A stretch of DNA of 63,811 nucleotides, the filler included, from Octopus bimaculoides (lineage: Eukaryota), in the NCBI RefSeq assembly GCF_001194135.2. It is 5 parts of 5 records of this genome, joined end to end, with 100 filler letters (N's around TTAATTAATTAA, not from the genome) between each part and the next. Parts side by side here need not be neighbours in the genome. Positions count along the whole stretch, not along the records: positions 10,353 to 25,325 come from NC_068987.1; 4 more parts are not named here. The stretch is one strand, 5' to 3'. Under the pieces are notes generated by a model. It did not search any database. It worked only from the letters and a program-made list of their open reading frames with translations, and was not told the origin of the DNA. How positions within the stretch are numbered: the first letter of the stretch is position 1; each line of letters starts with the position of its first letter. The translations under genes were made by a program, and so were the position numbers. This document shows positions 11,482 to 24,456 of the stretch, piece after piece.

Positions 11482-12285
11482 GTATGTATATATCATATAG
11501 ATCATAAAATATGTATGCACGCACAGTATAGAAAAACACATGAGTATATTTTGTAACGGCATAGAAAATGCGAATATCATTCTATTTTTTTTTCATTTTG
11601 AAGTGTTATATTCCATACATGAGTCTTCTACAGTTCAGTTGGATCACTTAAATTCCTAAATCCATCCTCATCATTTCTAGACTGCCACAGTTTCATGTTG
11701 AATATGTGTAGTGTTATTAGGAGGCAAGTTTTATATACGTAGAGTTTCTTCCTAACAGATTTGCTTGAAGTTAATCCCTGAAATTTGAAATTTGATCTGT
11801 TACACGTGAATTTTGTATTTGACGTGTATATTTCGTACGTGTAAATATTATAGTCTTCTGCTAATACCTTCTTTCGTACCTGGTACTGAAAGGAAGATAA
11901 CTACTCGGAAATGCATGCGTCCACAAGTCCAGTGGGTGGGTGGGTGGTACACTCTGAACTTTTATACCTGTTTGTCTCTTCTGCATGACAAACGACAGTG
12001 AAAAACCTTTACAGGGGTTCAAATATCTCAAACATACCAAGTTTATTTTGCTTTCAGTCACTGCTAAGCGCATCTACTCATGAAAGTCTAAATAATTTCG
12101 GTCAATAACGTTTACATACATCATATTCGTTTAACATTAATGTGAGTTATATATTCCAATAACATGTCATATCCTGGAGATAAAGCTGTAGGAGTCAAGA
12201 AACATTGGTGATATATTTATGCGCTTTGTTTTTCCAAATGTACTGCATGAGATACACACAAAAATATGGAAGCAAATCTTCTATG

Positions 12286-12750
12286 TTTTACTTGTTTCTG
12301 TCACTGGATTGTAGCCATGCTGACGAAGCAGTTCCTTGATGTATTTTAGTCGAACACATCGATCCTAGAACACGTTTTTCAAAACCTGGTACTAATTATA
12401 TCGCTCTCTTTTGCCCAACCGCTATATTGCAGGGATGTAAACAAGTAAACACTATTTGGTAAGCAGTAGTGGACGAACACAAACACAAATACACACACAC
12501 ATAGATACGCACACACACAGATACACACACATGCGCGCACACACATGAGCGCACACGCACAAACACACACACATACGCGCACACACGCACAAGTACGCCC
12601 CTCCACCCACCACAGACACACATATACGATGGGTTTCTTTCAGTTTCCGTTTACCAAATACACTCATATGGCCTTCGCCGGCCCGAGGCTGAAGTAGACG
12701 ACACCTCAAAATGCTACACAGTGGGACTAAACTTAGGACTACGAGGTTGG
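12286..12750 (-). mobile_element. SINE family A, diverged, with internal (CA)n
   Basis: TTACTTGTTTCTGTCACTGGATTGTAGCCATGCTG ... CAGTTTCCGTTTACCAAATACACTCA ... CAGTGGGACTAAAC. Confidence 0.75.
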
Positions 12751-14303
12751 GAATGAAATAAATAGCTAAACAAAATTGTTATAACTGAAACACAATCGTA
12801 TTTTGAATACATGTTTGAAAAAAAACTGCATTCGCCGAACTTAATCGGGAAGCATTTTTATCCAATGAAATTACAACGATTCAATCAGGAGCACAATCAT
12901 ATTCATGCAAACATACACACACATACATGGGTACGCGTACACATACATATACACGCATATACAGATACGTACATATATACGCTCATACATACTTACAAAC
13001 ATACATACATCCATACACACATACATACATAAACACATACATACACACATTCACTACCATTATCAACATCACAATAGAAATTTATGTTTACGCATTTCGA
13101 CGGATAGAAATATTGAACCCGAAAAAAAAAAAAGGCAACATTAAGGGTTAACATCTAACGGAAGTTATTGTTTGTTTTGTTCCATATCAGCCCTAACCGC
13201 AAATAATCCTTAACACAGAGCTAGATGCACATAAACGCAAGTAAACTACATTATTTTATATTCGTAATAACCGATTCAGATCTAGCAAACACAATGACAG
13301 ACGATGTTTCAATTATGAATATAATGTATGAAGAAGACTGATACGAAAACAAAGACACGTCATATACAAATATGCAAATAAAATGTGGCGTATGTAATAA
13401 CCTACGTCATGTTACATAAAAGCAAACACAGACATTAGCATACATTAACATACATTAAAAATAGTTCAATAACATTTTATCAACAATATATACAAATATA
13501 GACAGCGACCTATGCAAACACACGCGTACACACACAAACAACTACAGGCATAATAATACATGAGAAATATTTCAGTCACATTTCGTTCATTTTACACAAC
13601 CACACATAAACACGTAAATATATATCCAGTTAAACGATGTTTATTATACTGGATATAATATTTAGAGATATAAATTTGTTTAATATAGCGGTGACGGTGG
13701 TAGTGTAACGACGACGACTAAAACATTGTAAATAAGGAATTCTATACTTGATAATTCGTCAGGCTAGAAATAACAGCCAAATTTCCTCACATTGCATTCT
13801 GAAGTCTGTAATTGTTTTGGAAGCTTTTAAATGTGCTTTCTCGAAACAAATAAGTGTGCATCAGTGTATGTATAAATAGATTGGCCGAGAAAAAGTCCAC
13901 CATTTGCAGAGTCGATGAAGGGAGTGGGGAGTGTCAGCGAGAAGAAATGAAACAAAAATTGCAATTGTGCATAATATTTTCCCTGATTCTTAATTTTTGA
14001 TGTTTAAAGCAGAAATTCAAAAAACATTTCTGAGAAGAATGCCAAATTCAAAACATTACTGTTCGGGTATGTGATCATTCTGAAATTAAGCGTTGATTTT
14101 CTTTATTTTTGTATATGTAGGTCTGTATTATACAATGTGTCCTTCCTCTTCATGATGGCAGGTGGGATTTGAAGAATTTTGGCTGCTATTTCAGGCAAGT
14201 CCAACGATTACATGGTGGTTTCATTGACTCACCATATTCTACAGACAAGCAAACTTTGTCACTACTCAAACACTTTTATGCAAGTATGTATATATGTATA
14301 TTT

Positions 14304-14340
<37 letters not shown>

Positions 14341-14693
14341 GATAAATAGATGTAGATATATAGATATACATGTGCATGGTAAATACATTTACATATGTAA
14401 AACATATGTACTTATACACACACACATATATATATGATCATCATGATCACCATGATCATCACAATCTTCATAATCATTTTGATCACCCTGCTCTCTCTCT
14501 CCCTCACTCTCTCTGTCTATCTACCTCTATCTCTCTCTGTTTTCTCTTTATACGCATGTATATATGCATGTATGTCATTATTCGGTCTTATTTCAAGATT
14601 TCTTGCTAATGGAGAAAGAACCAGTTTCTAACCTAGAGCCAAGATTAATTACCTCCCATGTATGTATGTATGTATGTATGTATGTATGTCTAG

Positions 14694-15848
14694 CGGTAGC
14701 TAGATAGTTGAATGATCTCCCTGGCAAGAAATATTGTAGAGTAACCACCCTTTATTAAATTTCTCATAATCATCCTCGCACCAGCTCAACTTTTGCCACT
14801 ACAAGTTTATCGCTAACTTTCAGCGTTACAGCTTTTGCCATATTGTCATTTTCTTCTTATATGAAGTTGCAAGACTTAATTTCTCGGCGTACTAAACTTT
14901 TTCAGAAGAATTTTCCTATATGTACTTTGACAATGCCTTGCTCTACTGTTTTCACCTTGAGTCTGCGTGCGCTATATACATATTATGTATATGCATAACT
15001 TTCCGTATTTTCGCATCGTTGGATTCAATTTCTGTGGACTTTCTAAAAACTTGCAAGACTTGAACTAACTTGAACACTTACACATAGACTGGAACTTTCC
15101 TTTAGCTTGCACCTAGTTTGGCATTTCTGTTGCTTGCTTTTTCGTGTATTTGTTCACTTTCCGTTGCATTTGCTTAGTTTTGTATATCAGTTAATTTTTA
15201 ATTTTTCAGGACATCTATTCACGTACATATATTTTTTTACGAATATTCTTATATATTTGGAAAACTATCGCAACGTTCGCACACATGCTTCCATGCATTC
15301 GCCCAATTATACATATGCACCATGTACCATACTTTTGGGTTGCTTTCTCATGCTTACCGCGCCCTTGTAAGACACAAATTAACTCTATTAGACTCTTGTA
15401 TGGTCACGCTATAAATAGAAAGTTACCTGTCTCTTGCAACGCACCAGCATGTCACTGTCGTTTTTTCCCACTCGTGTGCACAAACACTTTGCCTCAGTAA
15501 CGCTCTGACTGGCATTGCTATTCGAACCCACTCGAACAAATCCTGTTCTCTGTACATTTTCTCGGATTCTGTTTTCCGAGATGTAAAATGTACTCTACCT
15601 CTATATTGCAGCACACACACATATGTTAAAGAAATATGAAGATTGATTTTTCACTTTGGACCTGAAATATTGCATTTATTCCATTCTGTTTACATCAGTT
15701 TTTGATATTTTATAATGTATACATTTTTGTTATTTTCATTATTGTATACCGTTACCTCTGCCTAGGGAGTGTGTAACGGTAGCTAGATAATTGAATGATC
15801 TCCCTGGCAAGAAAGATTATAGAGTAACCTCCCTTTACTAAGTTTCTC
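14694..15848. repeat. Pair of ~72-bp direct repeats about 1.08 kb apart (14694-14766 and 15777-15848)
   Basis: CGGTAGCTAGATARTTGAATGATCTCCCTGGCAAGAAAKATTRTAGAGTAACCWCCCTTTAYTAARTTTCTC occurs twice. Confidence 0.85.
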
Positions 15849-17382
15849 GAAGCATCTGTGTCATGATACGCGATTCTTAATTTTTCAAGAAACTTGGCGT
15901 TTCTCTTAGAAGTTTCTAGAATGTCTTGCATTCCATTAATAAAAACCGCTTGCTAACCCTGCTCTTCGTTTCTTAGTCGATTAGACTTCGAGCCATTCAC
16001 GTCATTGCTATGCCCATCTATTTCGCTACGCCACATGACTGAAAGTCACCACTTAGCTGGTATTTCTATATTTCCTATCTCTGAACTTTCTTGCATAGAT
16101 TACTTCATTCAATTAGATTCTATATTTTGATTATGTATCATCATCAACCAGTAAATAAAATATATTTTTATGTAGAAAATGTATAATTCTTGAATTTATT
16201 CTTCATCTCTATATGAACTCTTGTAATAATATATACACAGTCATATCAACACCTGGTACTGAATATATATTCCCATGACATATGTATGTATGTATGTATG
16301 TATGTATTTATATATATATNNNNNNNNNNNNNNNNNNNNNNNNNNNNNNNNNNNNNNNNNNNNNNNNNNNNNNNNNNNNNNNNNNNNNNNNNNNNNNNNN
16401 NNNNNNNNNNNNNNNNNNNNNNNNNNNNNNNNNNNNNNNNNNNNNNNNNNNNNNNNNNNNNNNNNNNNNNNNNNNNNNNNNNNNNNNNNNNNNNNNNNNN
16501 NNNNNNNNNNNNNNNNNNNNNNNNNNNNNNNNNNNNNNNNNNNNNNNNNNNNNNNNNNNNNNNNNNNNNNNNNNNNNNNNNNNNNNNNNNNNNNNNNNNN
16601 NNNNNNNNNNNNNNNNNNNNNNNNNNNNNNNNNNNNNNNNNNNNNNNNNNNNNNNNNNNNNNNNNNNNNNNNNNNNNNNNNNNNNNNNNNNNNNNNNNNN
16701 NNNNNNNNNNNNNNNNNNNNNNNNNNNNNNNNNNNNNNNNNNNNNNNNNNNNNNNNNNNNNNNNNNNNNNNNNNNNNNNNNNNNNNNNNNNNNNNNNNNN
16801 NNNNNNNNNNNNNNNNNNNNNNNNNNNNNNNNNNNNNNNNNNNNNNNNNNNNNNNNNNNNNNNNNNNNNNNNNNNNNNNNNNNNNNNNNNNNNNNNNNNN
16901 NNNNNNNNNNNNNNNNNNNNNNNNNNNNNNNNNNNNNNNNNNNNNNNNNNNNNNNNNNNNNNNNNNNNNNNNNNNNNNNATCTAAATATTTTTATATATA
17001 TATATATATTTATACAGGTATATATTTGCACACACACACACACACATATATCTACATAAAAATATTTACAATTTTGCATATATTGTGTAGTTTGTGCTGT
17101 ACTAATACATATATGTGTTTGTGTACATTTGTTTGTATGTATGTGTATATATATATCACATATATTACATACACACATTCGTACATATATGTATTAACAA
17201 CACACTTATAAACTACACTACTATTGCATCACTGCACCAATGCATGCTTATGAAATCAGTATTCAGCATCATCTTCAAACTATCACCATGAATATTGAAA
17301 GCAATAATGACCACCACAAGAAACATCATTACAAACACCACTTCTTAAATAATAATGACAGCCACAACAATAATAATAATGA

Positions 17383-17596
17383 TATTTAAATTTGGCACAA
17401 GATCAGAAAAATTCAGGGAAAGATTTCAAGTCGATTACATCAGCCCCAGTGCTCAACTGGTATTCATTTTATGGAACCCGAAAGAATGAAAGGCAAAGTT
17501 GACCTTGACAAGATTTGAACTAGGAACGTAAAGGCAGACGATATGTCGCTGAACAATTTCCCGGTGTGCTAGCGATTCTGCTAGTTCACTGCGTTT

Positions 17597-17647
<51 letters not shown>

Positions 17648-17880
17648 GGAATGATAATATTAACAACAACAATAACATCAATAATAATGGTTTCAAATTC
17701 TGGCACAGGGCCAGCAGTTTTAGAGAGGAGGGGGATATCAATTGCATCTACCCCTGTACATAACTGGTACCTATTTTATTGACTCCTAAATGACGAAAGA
17801 CAAAGTCGAGCTCGGTGGAATTTGAGCTCTGAACATAGAGACAGACGGAATGCCGATAAGCATTTTGTCCGGCTTGCTAT
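17383..17880 (-). mobile_element. Two tandem SINE family B copies separated by (AAT)n
   Basis: Reverse complement of the B consensus (ACGTTCTGAGTTCAAATTCCGCCGAGGTCGACTTTGCCTTTCATCCTTTCGGGGTCGATAAATTAAGTACCAG), diverged. Confidence 0.75.
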
Positions 17881-17899
17881 TCCAAAATACATTAAAGAA

Positions 17900-18230
17900 T
17901 ACGATGGAGAGGAGCAAAAAAGTTCATGGCCAATATTTCACAAACTTCGTTAAGTCGAAAGCAAGTTAGAGTAAAAGCTAAACGGTATCTGAAAGCTCTG
18001 GATTAAAAGCAGAAACAGTGGGTCTGATCCTACTGAGGTACAAGTAACTACAGAAAAAAGTTAGTAAAAAAAGAGGCGAGCATAAAGTACAGAACTTGCA
18101 ACAGATATAAATGAGATGGTTAATTGTTATCTCTGCCGTGCCACTGCATTCATCTGGTAAGAAGTGATATAAACAGATATCAAACATAGTAAATGACAGA
18201 GATATGGGCCCAACCGTTAGTGATATGCTT
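17900..18230 (+). mobile_element. R4/Dong-like (RLE non-LTR retrotransposon) ORF relic, post-RT to CCHC region
   Basis: KKVHGQYFTNFVKSKAS*SKS*TVSESSGLKAETVGLILL followed by a decayed C-x2-C..H..C; resembles the WKxKxLHGQY...LKAETEGxIxAAQDQ motif. Confidence 0.6.
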
Positions 18231-18281
18231 TTTGAAATCGATAAGGAGATCAAAGAAAGACCTTAAGTACGTTGCACTTTG

Positions 18282-18760
18282 CTATGCAAATACAATAAGC
18301 TATGAAGTATGCTAAATAGGGTTTTTTATAAGTCAGTACCACATCCCACTGCGTCAGCAGTGCTTGTTACATCATTTTAAAGGTTGTTTCTACAGATATT
18401 CTATAGAAACTACAGCCAGCACTAACTTTTGCTACAACAACGTTTCGTATCAAGACGTCAGATGTAAGCAAGCAACGTGACCGGACACAAAAATGGGTAA
18501 TGAGTGTATATGCCATATTTCGGGGGTTGTTGCACCTTCATCAGCACCCATCTAACCAACTTCTCATTGCTTGTTTACATCTGACGTCTCGATACGAAAC
18601 GTTGTTGTAGCAAAAGTTAGTGCTGGCTGTAGTTTCTATAGAATATCTGTAGAAACAACCTTAAAAATGATGTAACAAGCACTGCTGACGCAGTGGGATG
18701 TGGTACTGACTTATAAAAAACTCTGTTTAGCATACTTCATAGCTTATTGTATTTGCATAG
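18282..18760. repeat. Long inverted repeat: 194-bp arms (18282-18475 and 18567-18760), 5 mismatches, 91-bp loop
   Basis: Base-by-base comparison; mismatched pairs at 18317/18725, 18320/18722, 18379/18663, 18452/18590 and 18468/18574. Confidence 0.97.
18499..18552 (-). ncRNA. Type I hammerhead ribozyme motif in the loop of the inverted repeat
   Basis: Minus RNA: GAUGGGUG-CUGAUGA-A-GGUGCAACAACCCCC-GAAA-UAUGGCAUA-UA|CACUCAUU. Stem I is 8 bp (GAUGGGUG/CACUCAUU), the core is intact, stem III is AUAU/AUAU with a GGC loop, and the triplet is AUA. Stem II is imperfect (one U-C) and there is an extra A after the core. Confidence 0.75.
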
Positions 18761-19267
18761 TTTCTATGGAATATCTATAGAAACGACCTTATAAACAAAG
18801 AAAAACGATCCAATGAAAGACTGAATCAAAAATACCAGCACTCTGAGATATTTCTAAAATGGAAATGGAAAAATTATCAAAATAGAAGTATCTCAAAATT
18901 GAAACAAGCAGGATGTGAGTCATGAAGGTAAAGCAATACCAAGAATATTTCAATTAAAATGTATGATAAAATATATGACAAAAACATATGAGCAATACCA
19001 GGAATCCCAATGCTGGAAACAGTCCAGCGTTGAGGGTGGGGACGTTTTCTGTTGATGACACCGATTCTAGTGCTTTATTTTATCGAACCCGGAGTGTCGG
19101 AAGATAAAGTGAACCTCAGTGCTCCTTGTCTTTCATCCTCACCGGTTTCAATGAAATAATCTACTAGATTAGTACTAAGGTCAATGGTACTGACTACTCT
19201 CCTCTTTCAAAATTGCTGATCTCGTGTGACTAAAACAAGACATTCTTGTTATTATTATTAATATTGG

Positions 19268-19480
19268 TTTCAAATTTTGGCACAAGGGCAGTAATTTTGG
19301 GGGAAGGGCTAAGTTGATTAGATCAATCCTCGTACTCGACTCGTACTTATTTAAGGACCCCAAGAGGAGGAAGGCAAAGTCCACTTAGGCGGCATTTGAA
19401 CTCGGAACGTAACGTCGGAAGGTATGCTGCAAAGCATTTTCTGCTGGCGCCGAAACGATTCTGCCAGCTCGCCACCTTTC
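19268..19480 (-). mobile_element. SINE family B
   Basis: GGCAAAGTCCACTTAGGCGGCATTTGAACTCGGAACGTAAC...GATTCTGCCAGCTCGCC is the reverse complement of the B head. Confidence 0.8.
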
Positions 19481-19677
19481 ACCGTCTTAATATTAGTTTT
19501 AAACTTTGGCACACGGCCAGTGATTTCTGGGGAGGGAGATGTAATCGACTCACACCCACTCCTAAGTTGCTGGCCTTGTGCTAAATTTGAAATCAATATA
19601 ATGACGGCGAGTGCAACACAGCGAATTGGCAGAATCGTTAGCAAGCCGGGAAAAATGCTTAACAGTATTTCGTCCGT

Positions 19678-19720
<43 letters not shown>

Positions 19721-19728
19721 GATGATGA

Positions 19729-19766
<38 letters not shown>

Positions 19767-20084
19767 ATTCCCTCACCACTTTTATAAAATAACTTGTACA
19801 AGAATTGCTATGATTAAAAATCCCCAAATACCAAGATTTCAATTTTCAAACCATTTCTTCCGCTTCGAAACATCTCCACACCTCCTACCCACCACCATCC
19901 TGCTATATCACACCTACACACTATCGTCATCACTAACAATATCAATGACTACAAGAACTACAAAGGGAAAATAATAATGTAGATATACTTAGTGGAATTT
20001 AGATCCTGTTTGTTTCGGAATCTTATTAAGTTGGATTAAGCCGTTATCATGTATCTGCAAAGTGAAATGTTTGTGTGCGTGTGT

Positions 20085-20123
<39 letters not shown>

Positions 20124-21499
20124 CGCGCGCATGCATGCGTGCGTAGGTGCCTATATACATATATATACGCATATGTCTACATATATATATGTAGTACATA
20201 TATGTGTGTATATGTTTTATATATATATATGCATACAAAAACACACACACATGCACCCACACACACACATATATATATATGTATGTATGTATGTATAAAT
20301 GTATATATGTATATATATGTATGTGTGTGTTTTTGTGTGTGTGTGTGTATAAGAGGTCGTTTGTATTGTTTGTAAATATGTCTGCTTCCTATTCAGAAAC
20401 TATAATTCCAACCCTTATAAAATACTATGTATTCTTATTCGCTACATGAGATCTTTGAGGGAAATATCTACTAAAATCTTCTTGGAAATAAACCGTAATA
20501 TAGATGAAAGGGATAAATTTGAAATAGTAACAATATCAATCTTCTTTATATGGCGAATGATAGATGTACGCGTAAAGAAAGATATATGAGTAGATTGACA
20601 TATAGATAGATAGGCAGATAGATCGATAGAAAGAAAGAGAGAGGGAAAGTGAAGGAGAGAGAGAGAGAGAAAGAGTGGGAGAGATAGATTTGGAGTCTGA
20701 GATAATCAATGAGGATGAGTGGGAGGATAAATTTGCTTGTTATCACACTCTTAATTCATCAGCGCCTCCTTTTAATATCTCGTTTCTCTCTTTTGAATAA
20801 TTGAGTAGAGGTGTAGGTAATGAGAGTAACAAAAAAGGAAACGAGACGAGAATGAAGGCGGTGATGTAAAACAATCGGATCATAACAGTTAACGGCCATA
20901 CTCTATTGCAACGTTCCCTGGTATTAACTAAACATGTTTATTTCCTATTCTTTTTAAAACTGCACTATTTTTTAAATAGTACTGTTTTAGAAAACAATTA
21001 CACTTTTATATTTATAACAACATAAAAACAACGTATGAACATATCAATACATCAATATTGGTCTCATGAAATACAAATTTGTTCTTGGAGAGATTCCAAT
21101 ATCCATTTGTATAGATATCTACGTACCAGTTTCGATATATGTATAAATATAGTTGACCAAAACAGACCGACAAATATGCAGAAGTACTCTTTGTGACAAA
21201 CAAATTCTTCGGTAACTTTTTAAGAAACATCGTGTTAGATTTAATTCTGGAGGGAGTGCATAATGGATTTCACCTCCCAGAACTCACTTGTATTACATAT
21301 TAGATAACTCATTTCTACGTTTCTTATCGCACAAAATACTTTTGCATCAATTAATGATATGCCATAAAGCAATATATTTGTCTCATAATTGTTAATTAAT
21401 GCAGAGTTAGGAACGTTTCCCTAGACGGCTGTTTAGATTTACAGACAGTGATTTACTGAGATGGTTCAATATACAAGTTTCCATTCACCTAAATGGAAA

Positions 21500-21715
21500 C
21501 TTGAGCAAGACACTTTATTTCATGTTCTTCCAGTTCAGTCAGCTGTAGAAATAAGTTGCGACGTCACTAGTACCAAGCTGTATTGGCCTTTGCCTTTCCC
21601 TTGGAGAACATGTTTGGGCGACTGCTAGTCTTCCATAGACTTGTGCCTCTAAGGGGAACTTTCTAGGTGCAATCCCATGGTCATTCATGACCGAAGGAGG
21701 TCCTCTTTTTATTCA
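21500..21715 (+). mobile_element. SINE family C, 5'-truncated
   Basis: GAGCAAGACACTTTATT...CAGCTGTAGAAATAAGTTGCGACGTCAC...CTAGGTGCAATCCCATGGTCATTCATGACC. Confidence 0.75.
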
Positions 21716-21847
21716 CCCAAATAGATGTATATCTTTCTTTCTCTTTTTCCCCACCCTCTCTCTCTCTCTCTCTCTCTCACACATCATGTTCATCTTTATA
21801 AAAAAGGAATATTATCCAACCGAAGCTTGGGGCGGAAGATCGCCTGA

Positions 21848-21975
<128 letters not shown>

Positions 21976-22154
21976 AATCAATCAATCAATCAATCAATCG
22001 ATCAATCTACGTTTAAGTATATGTTTTTCAAGATTTCTGATGTGAGATCATGTGGTGAAACAGATATTGTTAGATTTCGGGATTGTTATTTTGTGTATGT
22101 GTATATATTATTATTATTATTATAATAATAATAATAATAATGATAATAATAATA

Positions 22155-22202
<48 letters not shown>

Positions 22203-22815
22203 NNNNNNNNNNNNNNNNNNNNNNNNNNNNNNNNNNNNNNNNNNNNNNNNNNNNNNNNNNNNNNNNNNNNNNNNNNNNNNNNNNNNNNNNNNNNNNNNNN
22301 NNNNNNNNNNNNNNNNNNNNNNNNNNNNNNNNNNNNNNNNNNNNNNNNNNNNNNNNNNNNNNNNNNNNNNNNNNNNNNNNNNNNNNNNNNNNNNNNNNNN
22401 NNNNNNNNNNNNNNNNNNNNNNNNNNNNNNNNNNNNNNNNNNNNNNNNNNNNNNNNNNNNNNNNNNNNNNNNNNNNNNNNNNNNNNNNNNNNNNNNNNNN
22501 NNNNNNNNNNNNNNNNNNNNNNNNNNNNNNNNNNNNNNNNNNNNNNNNNNNNNNNNNNNNNNNNNNNNNNNNNNNNNNNNNNNNNNNNNNNNNNNNNNNN
22601 NNNNNNNNNNNNNNNNNNNNNNNNNNNNNNNNNNNNNNNNNNNNNNNNNNNNNNNNNNNNNNNNNNNNNNNNNNNNNNNNNNNNNNNNNNNNNNNNNNNN
22701 NNNNNNNNNNNNNNNNNNNNNNNNNNNNNNNNNNNNNNNNNNNNNNNNNNNNNNNNNNNNNNNNNNNNNNNNNNNNNNNNNNNNNNNNNNATAATAATAA
22801 TAATAATAATGATAG

Positions 22816-22990
22816 GGCGGCGAGCTGGCAGAATCGTTAGCACACCGGTCGAAATGCTTAGCGGTATTTTGGCTGCTGTTACGTTCTGAGTTCAAATTCC
22901 GCCGAGGTCGACTTTGTCTTTCATCTTTTCGGGGCCGATTAAATAAGTATCAGTTACGCACTGGGGTCGATGTAATTGACTAAATTCCTT
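22816..22990 (+). mobile_element. tRNA-headed SINE, family B
   Basis: GGCGAGCTGGCAGAATCGTTAGCAC...GAAATGCTTAGCGGTATTT...ACGTTCTGAGTTCAAATTCCGCCGAGGTCGACTTTG. Confidence 0.85.
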
Positions 22991-23512
22991 TGTCTGTCTT
23001 TGTTTGTCCCTCTATTGCCCTGTGAGCAATAAAAAAATGAATAATGATAATGATAATAATAATAACAATAATAATAATAATGAAAGCAAAATTCTCTCTA
23101 TCCGTCTGGAAACCCTGTATCTCAGTCTACTGAAATCTGCCTTTCATTTGGTTCTTGCACATTCAGCATTGGGATCTGATTTAAAAGCATTTGGGCTGCT
23201 ATTTCTAGCCGGTTGATTCACGCCATCTTGACTGGTGTTTGTCAAATGACGTCAGAGATGAAGGGGCAGAAAAATGACATTCGCCTCGTTAATTTTACGT
23301 TGAGATAAGGACAAATTGGCCAACAGTTGGAATCCAGATTGATACTGGAACAATGGAATGATTGCAATACAGAATTAATTCTTATCCGTCCTTAAACTCT
23401 GATCAAACACTACCGGGGCATGGGCCGCTATATCTAACTTAAAATTCCGCACTTAGAGTGGGTTTTAAGCTAGTATATATATATATATATAAATATATAT
23501 ATATATATGTAT

Positions 23513-23848
23513 ATTACGGAGATGTACTTGCATGGCAAGTGACGTGATCTGAGATCGTGTGCTGGAACGAAAACAATTACAGCGTAGAATGTGTTTATAA
23601 GCCATTTAAGAAACACAAAAACCGTTAGATTCACTTCAACATTTAAATTTAATTTGCCTAAATATTTTCGTTGCTTTGAGACCGCGACCTGTTCACTGAC
23701 AAATGTAGCACGGAATTTTGTCAGTGAACAGGTCGCGGTATCAAAGCGACGAAAATATTTTTGCAAATTAAATTTAAATGTTGAAGTCAATTTAACGGTT
23801 TTTCTGTGTTTCTTAAATGGCTTCTAAACACCTTCCACGCAGCAATTG

Positions 23849-23849
<1 letters not shown>
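23513..23849. mobile_element. Fold-back (palindromic) MITE with ~130-bp paired arms and a ~10-bp loop; right end lost in (ATCT)n and a gap
   Basis: 23573-23703 is the reverse complement of 23715-23849 (around 85-90% by eye); the left terminus ATTACGGAGATGTACTTGCAT is the reverse complement of the end of the copy at 59650-59852. Confidence 0.85.
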
Positions 23850-23919
<70 letters not shown>

Positions 23920-24408
23920 NNNNNNNNNNNNNNNNNNNNNNNNNNNNNNNNNNNNNNNNNNNNNNNNNNNNNNNNNNNNNNNNNNNNNNNNNNNNNNNNN
24001 NNNNNNNNNNNNNNNNNNNNNNNNNNNNNNNNNNNNNNNNNNNNNNNNNNNNNNNNNNNNNNNNNNNNNNNNNNNNNNNNNNNNNNNNNNNNNNNNNNNN
24101 NNNNNNNNNNNNNNNNNNNNNNNNNNNNNNNNNNNNNNNNNNNNNNNNNNNNNNNNNNNNNNNNNNNNNNNNNNNNNNNNNNNNNNNNNNNNNNNNNNNN
24201 NNNNNNNNNNNNNNNNNNNNNNNNNNNNNNNNNNNNNNNNNNNNNNNNNNNNNNNNNNNNNNNNNNNNNNNNNNNNNNNNNNNNNNNNNNNNNNNNNNNN
24301 NNNNNNNNNNNNNNNNNNNNNNNNNNNNNNNNNNNNNNNNNNNNNNNNNNNNNNNNNNNNNNNNNNNNNNNNNNNNNNNNNNNNNNNNNNNNNNNNNNNN
24401 NNNNNNNN

Positions 24409-24456
<48 letters not shown>

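Noticed and set aside
11868-11885. Possible 18-nt minus-strand microexon (tttcAG|TACCAGGTACGAAAGAAG|GTattag) giving ..TRYERS before MAMMDLL
   Set aside because: Phase-compatible, but such short AG..GT pairs arise by chance in 60 kb and there is no transcript evidence.
18576-18610. Second hammerhead in each arm (CTGACGT-CTCGATAC-GAAACGTT)
   Set aside because: The core reads CUGACGU instead of CUGANGA and stems I and II are poorly formed; treated only as a relic.
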